Positions 12,259 to 24,570 of a DNA stretch of 64,000 bases are shown piece after piece; within the stretch, counting starts at the first letter, position 1; each line of letters starts with the position of its first letter. A model generated the notes under the pieces. That model did not search any database and was not told where the DNA came from. It saw only the letters and a program-made list of their open reading frames with translations. The stretch is from Azolla caroliniana (lineage: Eukaryota; Plantae; Polypodiophyta), in contig JBHGNT010000014.1 in the NCBI GenBank assembly GCA_043228905.1, positions 3,720,001-3,784,000 on the forward strand. Direction: 5' to 3'. The translations under genes were made by a program, and so were the position numbers.

Positions 12259-12900
12259 TGTTGGGAGACAGGTCCCTCCGGATGGGAAGGGAGAAGAACA
12301 GTGCTGATGAGCAAACTCGGCCGAGGCCGAAACCGGATGAGGAGTACCCGGCTACGGAGAGCCGGATGGTGCAGACCCGGTGAGAACCGGATGACGAGTA
12401 CCCGGCAAGTGCCGGATGATGCAGGCCCGGTGAGGAGTGCTCACCGGATGAAGAGACATATTCGTAAATATGTTTCTAAGAGTCCGTCATGGCTATATTT
12501 GTAAATAGCCAAAAAGTCATATTAGTATAAATATAACTTAGGGCAAACTTATTGTAAGAAGATAGTTGTTGTCATTCTGGTTGGCGCAAGTGCAGAGCGC
12601 GTAACTGTGTACAGAGAGAGAGAGAGAGGAAGAAGTCGTTGCCTCTGTTGTAACCGCCGCCTGTGGCAAAGATAGAAAGCTCGATGTTGTTGCCTCGGTG
12701 CTTTACTGTTGTACACTGTAACATAGTGATAGTTTGCAACCTGTGGGCTGCCGTGGTTTTTCCCTAGTTTGGGTTTTCCACGTAAACATCTTGTGTACTC
12801 TTCTCTTCACTATGTCGTGCATTCATTCCTATTTTTTGTGTATGATTCTAAGCTCGGTTGTCGCCGAGCGTTGCGCATAGGGGACGTATAGTTCCTGTCA
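12259..12900 (+). repeat. Copia-2 5' LTR (642 bp)
   Basis: TGTTGGGA..CCTGTCA followed by the PBS. Confidence 0.9.
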
Positions 12901-13677
12901 ACTGGTATCCGAGCGAAACGACACATAAAATGGACGATTCGTTGGGAGGCATGTTCAAACTCACCGGCTCCAACTATTCGGTATGGAAGTCGAAGATGAG
13001 GGACATGCTCGTGGTTAAAGATCTTTGGTTGCCGGTTCAGTCTGGGGACAAGAGACCGGACAAAATCGACGCCACGATATGGGAGGTGATGCACATGAAG
13101 ACAACGGCTTACATACGGTGCTTCATCGACATGAGCCTATACAACAACTTCAATGAAGAGAGCAAGGCTAATGAGCTCTAGGAGAAGATCGGCATTATGT
13201 TTCAGAACAAAAATGTTGTTAACCAGGTTTCGGTATTCCGGAAACTAGTAAGACTCCGGTACCAAGATGGCTCCAGCATGGCGGAGCACATGAATGCCTT
13301 CCAGGGGCTGATACACTAGGCTACATCATTGGAAGTACCTCTCGCTCGGTTCCCTCCCGGATAGCTGGGAGACGTTGGTTGTCACTTTGGGCAACGTCGG
13401 GCCGGAAGGGAAACGGTTATCCCTAGCAAGAGTGAAGTCGAGCTTGCTAGATGAGGAGGCGCGTCGGAAAGATAAGGATATGAGCTCCGACTCCAAAGCG
13501 CTCCTTACCGAATCGGAACGCGGAAAACATAGAAACCGTAGTCCCTAGAACCAGGAGAAGTCAGGGACGCAGTCAAAGTCAAGGGAAAGGCCTACTTGCT
13601 TCTATTGCGGCAAGCCGGGACACTTCCAAAAGAACTGTCGGCCTTTCCGAAAAGACAAGGAAACCGACGGTACCGAT

Positions 13678-14895
13678 CCTTATGTAGTGATGGGAGAAAA
13701 AAAGCATGTAGCTATGCTTAGTCTCTCCCATCACTACATAAGGATGGGGAGCACAATGTAATAGGTGTGTGAAAAATATTTGGGAAATTGGATATATTTC
13801 CTAAAACACCAACAATCAATAAAATATACTCGTGGGATTCACGAAGTTTAAGATAATCTATCTCTTTCAATCTAAATTCATATTCTTACATAAATATTGA
13901 TTAATGTAATACTTGTGGGATTCACAAGGTTTGATCTCTTTTCTCAATCTACTCTAATCTATTCTAAATTATTTCAATTTATTACTACGATTTAGATAAA
14001 CTAAAACAATTATACTTGTGGGATTCACAAGTTTCTATATCTCTTTCTTATAATCTATTCATATTCATAACTAGATTAGCCTCAAATTCTTCCTCCTCCT
14101 AGTCCAAAACCCCGGTGGTTCCCACCCGACTCACGCAAACGATCCGGAGCCGAAAGGCACGACACAGTTGGTGAACCCGACGTGAAGGTGGGTGGCAAGG
14201 AGATGGAGAATCAACAAGAGGCAATGAGCATAACGATGATGATGATGTTCGAGCGGATGCTACAAGAACAACGAGCGATGTCGGAGATCACGGGGGCAGT
14301 AAAGCGGCTCGTACAACGAAACGGACAATTCAACGGAAACGATGTGTCACGCTATCTACGTGACTACAAGGCGGAGATGATACGATGTGGGATACCAGAA
14401 GGATTGCAAGTGACATCCTTCAATCGGGTGGCCACGGATGAGCTACAAGAGAGAATCCACAAGATACGGCAACAAAACTCGACATGGGGGTCATTCGAAG
14501 AAGCTTTACGAGAGGCATATGATTACAAGAGATCAAAGGGACAAGATCGGCGAAAATTCGACGAATGGGTGGCCTCGGAGAAGACCCACCGAAGTGCAAC
14601 ACAAGCATTCCTAGAGTTCGAGCATCGTCTTGCTCAACTCTCGGAGCGGGAACAACGGTTGGTGGGGGAGGATAAAGTCCTAATGTTCGTAAAATCGATC
14701 GATCGAAAAGAAAGGATGGACATCGGGATCGAACTCGAAGACGATGACGGTACGAATGGTCTTACCGAAAATTGGGCCGAAGTCCAAAGGGTATGCCGGA
14801 GACATGATGAGAGGAAGATGAGAATCTTGTCAACGACATGGCCGATGAAGGATGGTCGATTGAAGACAAACGATCCGGAGCCGAAAGGCACGACA
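13678..14895 (+). mobile_element. Internally deleted Gypsy-type element: partial 5' LTR (to 14164), tRNA-Trp PBS, partial gag, and the last 29 bp of the 3' LTR
   Basis: CAAACGATCCGGAGCCGAAAGGCACGACA occurs at 14136-14164 and again at 14867-14895. Gag-like ORF (FNGNDVSRYLRDY). Copia-2 resumes at 14896. Confidence 0.8.
14169..14186 (+). promoter_or_regulatory. Primer binding site, tRNA-Trp
   Basis: TGGTGAACCCGACGTGAA is complementary to the 3' end of plant cytosolic tRNA-Trp as I recall it, 4 nt after the LTR end. Confidence 0.8.
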
Positions 14896-17800
14896 ACGGT
14901 AAAGACCGGAGGGGGCCGGACCGGAAGGGAACGACGGCAATCGCGGCAAGTGAAGAAGAGTTGATGCTCATCACCAAGGAGAGTTTGATAAACCTTGCCG
15001 GCAACGAGATGACCTGGGTGGTAGACTCCGGAGTGTCGTTCCACCTTACCCCGGACCGGAAATGCTTCTCATCCTACTCAGCCGGTGATCACGCCTGTGT
15101 CCGGATGGGGAATGAAGGTACATGCTGAATTGTCGGCATAGGAGACGTGTGGCTAACAACACTAACCGGATGCAAGTTGTTGCTGAAGGATGTCTGACAC
15201 GTTCCGGAGGTTCGTCTGAACATGATATCAGCCGGTCGGCTAGATGATGAAGGCTACACGGGTAGCATCCGGAACGGTGTCATGAAGTTCAGCAAAGGGA
15301 GCCTGATTGTGGTTTGGGCCTGGAAGGTCAACACATTGTACCTGATGAAGGCCCAGTTATGTCCGGAGGAAGTGAACGTGGCATCCGACACTGCCGGTGA
15401 GCTGTGGCACAAAAGGCTATGTCACATGAGCGAGAAGGGGATGAAGAGGCTTGCAGAAGACAACCTCATTCCAGTGAAGAACGTGCACTTGGATAAGTGC
15501 ACTGATTGTCTGGCCGGTAAGCAAAACCAGACCTCCTTCCGACCAAGGCCACCGATGAGACGTAATGCACCACTGGAGTTGGTGCATACTGATGTGTGTC
15601 AAGTGGACACGAAGTCACATGCAGGATCGCAGTACTTCGTGACGTTCATAGATGACCACAGCCAAAAGCTGTGGGCCACACCGTTGAAGACGAAGGATCA
15701 GGTGCTATCCGTCTTCAAAGAGCTCCACGCAAGAGTGGAAAGAGAAACCGGCTAGAAGCTGAAGGCGGTTCAAGCAGACAACGGAGGTGAATACCGGGGG
15801 CAGTTCGAGGAGTATTGTCGCTCGAAGGGAATCCGGCTCGAATTCACCGTGCCGAAGACGCCGGAACTAAACGGGCTCGCTGAGAGGATGAACCAGACCA
15901 TAATGGAGAGGGTCCGGAGTATGTTGGCGCATGCAAAACTACCCAAGAAGTTTTGGACTGAGGCACTGTCGACGGCGACATATGTGATAAACAGATCACC
16001 CTCAGTACCCTTGGACGGAGACACGCCACAGAGAGTCTGGACCGGTAAGGAAGTGTCCTACCGGCATCTGAAAGTATTCGGGTGTCTTGCGTATGTGCAT
16101 GTAGCTAAGGACTAGAGAGGAAAACTAGATCCGAAGACCCGGCCATGCATATTCCTCGGTTACGGCGACGATGAGTTCAGCTACAGAATGTGGGACCTGG
16201 TCGACAAGAAGGTATTTCGGAGTCGAGATATTATCTTCATGGAGGACAAGACGCTCGCCGACTGGGAGTCGGAGAAGAAGATAATGAACTCCGAGTCGAC
16301 CGGTAAGGATCGATTCTACGATGAGCAGACCCAACCGGCAAGAGACCGGTTAGCACTCGAGGGACCAGCCGGTTACGGTGAGGATACCGAACAGGCTGAA
16401 GAAGAAGTAGAGGAAGCTGAAACCGGAATCGGCCAAGACCCCGAATCGGATTCGGATGAAGAGCAAATGGAGGATCCGGTTACCGAAGCCCGAAGACGGA
16501 GATATCCACTCAGAGAGAGAAGGGCCCCCCGGAGATTTCCGGATGCAGAGCATGTTCTGCTGACCGATGAGGGGGAGCCGGAAAGCTTCGAAGAAGCGAA
16601 GGATGACACCCACAGCCGCAAATGGTTAAGTGCCATGCAAGATGAGATGGATTCCCTGCATGAGAACCATACGTACGAATTGGTGGAGTTGCCGAAAGGA
16701 AAGCGGGCACTCCGAAACAAGTGGGTGTACAAGTTGAAACCGGGAGATGTCAGCAACCCCCTGAGATACAAAGCCAGGATCATGGTGAAGGGGTTCCAGC
16801 AGAAGAAGGGCATGGACTTCGACGAGATATTTGCCCCGGTAGTAAAGATGACCTCCATCCGGACGGTGTTGAGTATAGCGGCAAGCATGGACCTCGAGGT
16901 AGAGGACGTGAAGACGGCATTCCTTCACGGTGACCTCGAAGAGGAGATCTACATGCGGTAACTAGAAGGATTCATGGAGAAAGGGAAGGAGCACTTGGTT
17001 TGACGGTTGAAGAAGAGCATGTACGGACTGAAGCAGGCTCCCCTCCCCAACAATGGTACCGGAAGTTCGACTCCATCATGACCGATCAAGGGTACCACCA
17101 GACGTAGGCCGATCACTGTGTGTTTGTGAAGAAGTTCGAAGGAGGCGACTTCCTTATACTCTTTCTGTACGTGGACGACATGTTGATCGTCGGACGGGAC
17201 TAAGCCAGAATCCGGATGCTAAAGAAGGCTCTCAACCGGACCTTCTCAATGAAAGACTTGGGTCCGGCAAGAGAGATGTTGGGGATGCATATCATCCGGA
17301 ACCGGCCAATGAAGCAACTGTGGCTGTCACAGGAGAAATACGTGACAAAGGTGCTTCAGCGGTTCAACATGTCAAATGCGAAACCGGTTGGATCGACACT
17401 TCCGGCAAACTGCAGGCTATTCAGTAAGCAAAGCCCGAAGACGAAAGCAGAGGAGGCATATATGATGAAGTTTCCATATGCCTCTGCCGTCGGGAGCTTA
17501 ATGTACGCAATGGTTTGTACCCAACTGGATATAGGATACACAATCGGAGTGGTGAGCCGGTTTATGAGCAATCCCGGCAAGGAGCATTGGAACGCGGTCA
17601 AATGGATACTCCGGTATTTGAAGGGCACTTCAAATATGTGTCTCCGATTCGGCTCCGGAAAACCTCAACTTGACGGTTTCACCGATTCGGACATGTTGGC
17701 TGATGTGGATACCAGCCGGTCTACATCCGGGTATGTAATGACATATGCAGGGGGAGCTGTTTCGTGGCAGTCGAGGCTGCAGAAGACGTTTGCGTTGTCA

Positions 17801-18253
17801 ACCACGGAGGCGGAGTACATGGCGGTTGTGGAAGCCGGCAAGGAAATATTATGGATGAAGGACTTCATCGAAGAGCTCGGTATCCGGCAAGATGAATACG
17901 GGCTCTATTGCGACAGTCAAAGTGCCATCCACCTTGCTAAGAATGCGGCCTACCATTCCCGGACGAAGCATATCCAGCGAAGGTATTACTGGATCCGGGA
18001 AAGAGTAGATGACTAGGAGTTCGCGTTGACGAAGATCCACACGGCCGAGAACGAATCAGATATGCTGACCAAAGTGTTGATACCCGACAAGCTGGACGCA
18101 TGCCGGAAGCGGATCGGACTAGTAAGACACCCCATGCTGGAGTGAAGGGGGAGTTTGTTGGGAGACAGGTCCCTCCGAATGGGAAGGGAGAAGAACATTG
18201 AGTAGAAGATCGAGAGTTCGCGCTGACGAAGATCCACACGGCCGAGAACGGGT

Positions 18254-18891
18254 TGTTGCAAAACAGCGCTCGGCCACAACCGAGGAATAGGATCAACTCA
18301 CAGAAAACAGGAAATACAGAATTCACGAAGACAATAGAGAGAAGAGTGCTCAGGATGTTTACGTGGAAAACCCTAAATGGGAAAAAACCACGGGAGTCCT
18401 CAAACTCCAACTATCACTATGATCAGAGATGTACAATGGTGGAGCTACAAGGCAACAACCTTGAGCTCACTGTCTTCGCCACAGGCGGTGGTAATACACA
18501 GAGGCAACGACCTCTTCGTCTCTCTCTCTCTCTCTCGGCTGCTCTCTTCACTCTCTTGCACACATAAGAGTAGCGATACACAGAAAAATGAGCAACAACA
18601 ACATTGAGTTGTTTGCCCTAAGTCATATTTATACACATATGACTTTCGGGCTATTTACAATTATAGCCTCAAGGGCCCTTGGCAAACATATTCACAAATA
18701 TGTCCCCGCATCCGGATCTCTCTCCGGGTACATTCGTCATCCGGCTCCGTAGCCGGGGTCATCATCATCCGGCTCCGTAGCCGGGGTCTTCATCATCCGG
18801 CTCCGTAGCCGAGGTCTTCATCATCCGGCTCCATAGCCGGGGTCTTCATCATCATCCGACCATCCCATCCGGAGGGACCGTAATCCCAACA
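18254..18891 (-). repeat. Copia-3 3' LTR (638 bp; four copies of a 28-bp U3 repeat)
   Basis: Near-identical to 22987-23680 apart from repeat number. Confidence 0.95.
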
Positions 18892-18901
18892 AACTCCACC
18901 T

Positions 18902-21900
18902 TCACTTCGGCATGGGATGTCTTTCCAGTCCGACCCTCTTCCGGCACGCTTCCAGCTTGTCGGGTGTGAGCACTTTGGTCAGCATATCTGAGTCGTTCTC
19001 GTCCGTGTGGATCTTCGTCAGCACGAACTCCTGGTCTTCTATCCTTTCCCGGATCCAGTGATATCTTCGCTGGATGTGCTTCGTCCGGGAGTGATAGGCC
19101 GCGTTCTTCGCAAGGTGGATGGCACTCTGACTGTCGCAGTAGAGTCGGTACTCCTCCTGCCGGATACCGAGCTCTCTAATGAAGTCCTTCATCCATATCA
19201 TTTCCTTGCCGGCTTCAACAGCCGCCATGTACTCCGCCTCCGTGGTTGACAATGCAACCGTCTTCTGCAGCCTCGACTGCCACGAAACAGCTCCCCCTGC
19301 ATACGTCATCACATACCCTGATGTGGACCGGCTGGTATCTACATCGGCCGACATATCCGAATCGGTAAAGCCGTCGAGTTCGGGCTTACCAGAGCCGAAT
19401 CGGAGGCACATGTTCGAAGTGCCCTTTAAGTATCGGAGTATCCATTTGACCGCGTTCCAGTGCTCCTTGCCGGGATTACTCATATACCGGCTCACCACTC
19501 CGACTGCGTATCCAATGTCCGGTCGGGTACACACCATTGCGTACATCAAGCTCCCGACGGCAGAGGCATATGGTATCTTCATCATATCCTCCTTTTCAAC
19601 TTTTGTCTTGGGACTTTGCTTGCCGGATAACTTGCAGTTTGCCGGGAGTGTCGACCCGACCGGTCTTGCTTCCGACATGTTGAACCAGTGAAGCACCTTT
19701 GTCACGTACTTCTCCTGTGACAGCCACAACTGCTTCTTCTTCCGGTCCCGGATGATGTGCATCCCTAGTATTTGCCTCGCCGGACCCAGGTCCTTCATTG
19801 AGAAAGTTCGGTGAAGCGCTTTCTTCAGCATCCGTATCTTGGCCTGGTCCCGTCCGACGATCAACATGTCGTCCACGTACAGGAGGAGTATTAGAAAGTC
19901 TCCTCCTTCGAACTTCTTCACAAACACGCAGTGATCGGACTGCGTTTTGTGGTACCCTTCATCGGTCATGAAAGAGTCGAACTTCCGGTACCATTGCCGG
20001 GGAGCCTGCTTCAGTCCGTAAAGGCTCTTCTTCAACCGGCACACCAGGTGCTCCTTCCCTTTCTTCTCGAATCCTTCTGGTTGCTGCATGTAGATCTCTT
20101 CTTCGAGGTCACCGTGAAGGAATGCCGTCTTCACGTCCATCTGTTCTACCTCGAGGTCCATGCTTGCCGCTATGCTCAGCACCGTCCGGATGGAGGTCAT
20201 CTTCACTACCGGGGCAAATATCTCGTCGAAGTCGACGCCCTTCTTCTGCTGGAACCCCTTCACCACGATCCTGGCTTTGTATCTCGGGGGGTTTCTGGCA
20301 TCTCCCGGTTTCAGCTTGAACACCCACTTGTTTCGAAGTGCCCGCTTTCCTTTCGGCAACTCCACAAGTTCATATGTGTGGTTCTCATGCAGGGAATCCA
20401 TCTCCTCCTGCATGGCACTTAACCACCTGCGGCTATGGGGGTCAAGCTTTGCTTCTTCAAAACTCTCCGGCTCCCCCTCGTCGGTTAGCAGCACGTGCTC
20501 TGGTTCCGGAAATCTCCGGGGGGCCCTTCTCTCTCTTAGAGGATATCTCCGTTCCGGAGCTTCGGTAACCGGCTCCTCCGTTTCCTCTTCATCCGAATCC
20601 ATTTCGGGATCGGGGCCGGTTCCGGTATCAGTTTCATCTTCCTCGGCCGGTTCTGTTTCTTCACCGTCTTCGGCCGGATCCTCGAGTGCTAACCGGTCCC
20701 TTGCCGGTCGGGACTGCTCCTCGTAGAGTTGATCCTCACCGGTCGACTTGGAGCTCTTCATCTTCTTCTCCGACTCCCAGTCGGCGAGTGTCTTGTCCTC
20801 CATGAAGATGATATCTCGACTCCTGAATATCTTCTTGTCGACCGGGTCCCATACTCGGTAGCCGAACTCGTCGTCGCCGTAACCGAGGAATATGCATGGC
20901 TGGGTCTTTGGATCTAACTTTCCTCTCCGGTCCTTTGCCACATGCACGTATGCGAGACACCCGAACACCTTCAGATGCCGGTAGGACACTTCCTTACCGG
21001 TCCACACTTTCTGTGGCGTGTCTCCGTCCAAAGGTACTGAGGGTGATCTATTTATCACATACGTCGCCGTCGACATTGCCTCAGCCCAAAATCCCTTGGG
21101 TAATTTCGCATGTGCTAGCATACTCCGGACCCTCTCCATTATGGTCCGGTTCATCCTCTCGGCCAGCCCATTCAGTTCCGGCGTCTTCGGCACAGTAAAC
21201 TCGAGCCGGATTCCCTTCGAGCGACAGTACTCTGCGAACTGCCCCCGGTATTCCCCTCCGTTATCCGCTCGTATTGCTTTCAGCTTCTTGCCGGATTCTC
21301 TTTCCACTCTCGGACAATACTTGGTCCTTTGTCTTCAACGGTGCCGTCCACAGCTTCCGGCTATGGTCATCTATGAATGTTACGAAGTACTGGGCTCCGC
21401 CATGTGACTTCGTTTCTACCTGACACACATCAATGTGTACCAGCTCCAATGGTACACTACGTCTCATCGGTGGTCTTGAGCGGAAGGAGGTCCGGTTTTG
21501 CTTACCGGCTAGACAGTCGGTACACTTCCCCAGTTGTACGTGCTTTACCGGTATCAGGTTGTCTTCGGCAAGCCTCTTCATCCCCTTCTCGCTCATGTGG
21601 CACAGTCTCTTGTGCCACAGCTCACCGGTAGTGTCAGCTGCCACGTTCAGCTCCTCCGGACATAGCCGGGAATTCATCAGGTACAGTGTGTTGACCTTCC
21701 GGGCCCGAGCCACTATCAGGCTCCCTTTGCTGAACTTCATGACACCGTTCCGGATGCTACCCGTGTAGCCTTCATCGTCTAGCCTGCCGGCCGAAATCAG
21801 GTTCAATCGAACCTCCGGAACGTGTCGAACATCCTTCAGCAGCATCTTGCATCCGGTTGATGTCATCAGCCACACGTCTCCTATGCCGGCGATCCGGCAT

Positions 21901-22955
21901 GTACCTTCATTTCCCATCCGGACACAGCCGTGCTCACCGGCTGTGTAGGATGAGAAGTATTTCTTCTCCGGGGTCAGGTGGAACGATGCTCCGGAATCGA
22001 CCACCCAGGTCATATCTTCGCCGGCAAGGTTCAGCTCCCTTTCTTCGGTAATGAGCATTATCTCTTCTTCACTTGCCGCGAGTGCCGTCGTTCCTTTCCG
22101 GTCCTGCCCTCGCCGATCCGGACCTCTCCGGTCCGTGACTCCCCGGTATGCACCGTTTCGCTCCGGTGACTTCTTCGAATCGGTACTGTCGGTTCCGTTG
22201 TCTTTCCGGAAATGCCGACAGTTCTTCTGGAAGTGCCCCGGCTTCCCACAGTAGAAGCATGTAGGTCTTCCCCTCGACTGCGACCGTGTCCCTGACTTCT
22301 CCCGTCTTTGCGGACTCCGGTTCCGTTGTCTTCCCCGTTCCGATTCGGTAAGCAGCGCCTTCGAGTCGGAGGCCGATTCTTTATCTCTCCGACGCGCTTC
22401 TTCATTTAGAATACTTGTCTTTACCGTTAGTAAAGACAAGTTCTCTTCCTTACAGGAGGTGCTGAGTGTAACTACCAAGTTCTCCCAGCTCTCCGGAAGG
22501 GTACACATCAGCATGATGGCTTGCATTGCGTCATCCAACGGGAACTTGATCGCCGCAAGCTGATTCACGAATCCCATGAACGTGCTGACGTGTTCGATCA
22601 TGCTCTCGCCGTCCCGGTACTTAAGATTCACTATCTTCCTCATCAGGGAGGTCCGGGTCAGAGCATTCTTCCTCTCATACAGTCCGGACAGCTTCTGCCA
22701 CATCTCATAGGCGTTCGTATCGTTCGCCACATGTTGCAGAACACTTACATCGACATATTGCCGGATCGTCGCTACGGCTTTCCAGTTCAGGAGCTTCCAC
22801 TCCGACTCTATTACCCCCTTGGGTATCTCGGCATTGTCGATCGGTTCATACAGGTCTCGGACGATGAGAAGGTCTTCCATCTTTATCTTCCAGTCGGCGT
22901 AGTTCTGTGAGTTCAACACCATCATGCCCGGAGGCCCACTACCGCCACCTTCCAT
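18902..22955 (-). pseudogene. Copia-3 gag-pol with a single visible frame-breaking lesion, a 20-bp deletion near 21311
   Basis: Two long ORFs (583 and 801 aa) with all domains. Comparison with Copia-1 shows loss of TCTTCAAAGAACTCCACGCG between CG microhomologies. Confidence 0.93.
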
Positions 22956-22986
22956 TTTCTGTGTTACCGTCGCTCTGATACCACTT

Positions 22987-23680
22987 TGTTGCAAAACAGC
23001 GCTCGGCCACAACCGAGGAATAGGATCAACTCACAGAAAACAGGAAATACAGAATTCACGAAGACAATAGAGAGAAGAGTGCTCAGGATGTTTACGTGGA
23101 AAACCCTAAATGGGAAAAAACCACGGGAGTCCTCAAACTCCAACTATCACTATGATCAGAGATGTACAATGGTGGAGCTACAAGGCAACAACCTTGAGCT
23201 CACTGTCTTCGCCACAGGCGGCGGTAATACATAGAGGCAACGACCTCTTCGTCTCTCTCTCTCTCTCTCGGCTGCTCTCTTCACTCTCTTGCACACATAA
23301 GAGTAGCGATACACAGAAAAATGAGCAACAACAACATTGAGCTGTTTGCCCTAAGTCATATTTATACACATATGACTTTCGGGCTATTTACAATTATAGC
23401 CTCAAGGGCCCTTGGCAAACATATTCACAAATATGTCCCCGCATCCGGATCTCTCTCCGGGTACATTCGTCATCCGGCTCCGTAGCCGGGGTCATCATCA
23501 TCCGGCTCCGTAGCCGGGGTCATCATCATCCGGCTCCGTAGCCGGGGTCTTCATCATCCGGCTCCGTAGCCGGGGTCTTCATCATCCGGCTCCGTAGCCG
23601 GGGTCATCATCATCCGGCTCCGTAGCCGGGGTCTTCATCATCATCCGACCATCCCATCCGGAGGGACCGTAATCCCAACA
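22987..23680 (-). repeat. Copia-3 5' LTR (694 bp; six copies of a 28-bp U3 repeat)
   Basis: Followed on the minus strand by the iMet PBS. Confidence 0.95.
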
Positions 23681-23784
23681 CGGGTCAAATATGCTGACCA
23701 AAGTACTGATACCTGACAAGCTGGATGCATGCCGGAAGCAGATCGGACTAGTAAGACATCCCATGCCGGAGTGAAGGGGGAGTT

Positions 23785-24267
23785 TGTTAGGAAACAGGTC
23801 CCTCCAGATGGTGAAGACCCGGTGAGAACCGGATGAAGAGTACTCGGCTACGGAGAGCCGGATGGTGCAGACCCGGTGAGAACCGGATGAGGAGTACCCG
23901 GCTACGAAGAGCTGGATGGTGCAGACCCGATGAGAACCAGATGATGAGTACCCGGCTACGGAGAGCCGGATGGTGCAGACCCGGTGAGAACCGGATGACG
24001 AGTACCCGGCTACGGAGAGCCGGATGGTGCAGACCCGGTGAGAACCGGATGACGAGTACCCGGCAAGTGCCGGATGATGCAGGCCTAGTGAGGAGTGCTC
24101 ACCAGATGAAGAGACATATTCGTAAATATGTTTCTGAGAGTCCGTCGTGGCTATATTTGTAAATAGCCAAAAAGTCATATTAGTATAAATATGACTTAGG
24201 GCAAACTTATTGTAAGAAGATAGTTGTTGTCATTCTGGTTGGCGCAAGTGCAGAGCGCGTAACTGTG

Positions 24268-24301
<34 letters not shown>

Positions 24302-24570
24302 GAGGTCGTTGCCTCTATTGTAACCGCCGCTTGTGGCGAAGATAGAAAGCTTGACGTTGTTGCCTCGGTGCTTTACTGTTGTACACTGTAACATAGTGAT
24401 AGTTTACAACTTGTGGGCTGCCGTGGTTTTTCCCTAGTTTGGGTTTTCCACGTAAACACCCTGTGTACTCTTCTCTTCACTGTGTCGTGCATTCATTCCT
24501 GTTTTTTGTGTATGATTCTAAGCTCAGTTGTGGCCGAGCGTTGCGCATAGGGGACGTATAGTTCCCGTCA
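23785..24570 (+). repeat. Copia-2 3' LTR (786 bp) with about four copies of a 54-bp tandem repeat
   Basis: Preceded by PPT AGGGGGAG; the distal part matches the 5' LTR; the 54-bp unit shows up as the spurious repeat peptide MRSTRLRRAGWCRPGENR. Confidence 0.9.

Larger units (their letters stand above)
12930..18145 (+). pseudogene. Copia-2 gag-pol, with many stops and frameshifts, interrupted at 13678-14895
   Basis: MDDSLGGMFKLTGSNYSVWK gag start; PR, INT, RT and RH fragments collinear with Copia-1. Confidence 0.9.
18254..23680 (-). mobile_element. Copia-3: full-length, recent Ty1/Copia element
   Basis: LTRs at 22987-23680 and 18254-18891, TSD CGGGT (18249-18253 and 23681-23685), PBS TGGTATCAGAGC (22972-22983), PPT AGGTGGAG. 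Confidence 0.97.
12259..24570 (+). mobile_element. Copia-2: degenerate Ty1/Copia element related to Copia-1 and Copia-3, with nested insertions
   Basis: LTRs at 12259-12900 and 23785-24570, near-TSD GGTGA/GATGA, PBS TGGTATCCGAGC (12903-12914), many stop codons. Gypsy-B integrase frames flank it on both sides. Confidence 0.9.

Noticed and set aside
13826-14035. Palindromic repeats with unique spacers considered as a CRISPR array
   Set aside because: Only three copies with uneven spacing (about 83 and 103 bp), and they lie inside an LTR.
14182-14964. 260-aa ORF considered as a novel fusion gene
   Set aside because: It is a truncated gag reading through a deletion junction into an LTR tip and out-of-frame Copia-2 sequence.
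23582-24178. Repeat-peptide ORFs on both strands (also 29357-29833, 105-835 and 4906-5672)
   Set aside because: By-products of LTR minisatellites and GC-rich LTR sequence; no coding signature apart from the Gypsy-A integrase tail at 105-340.
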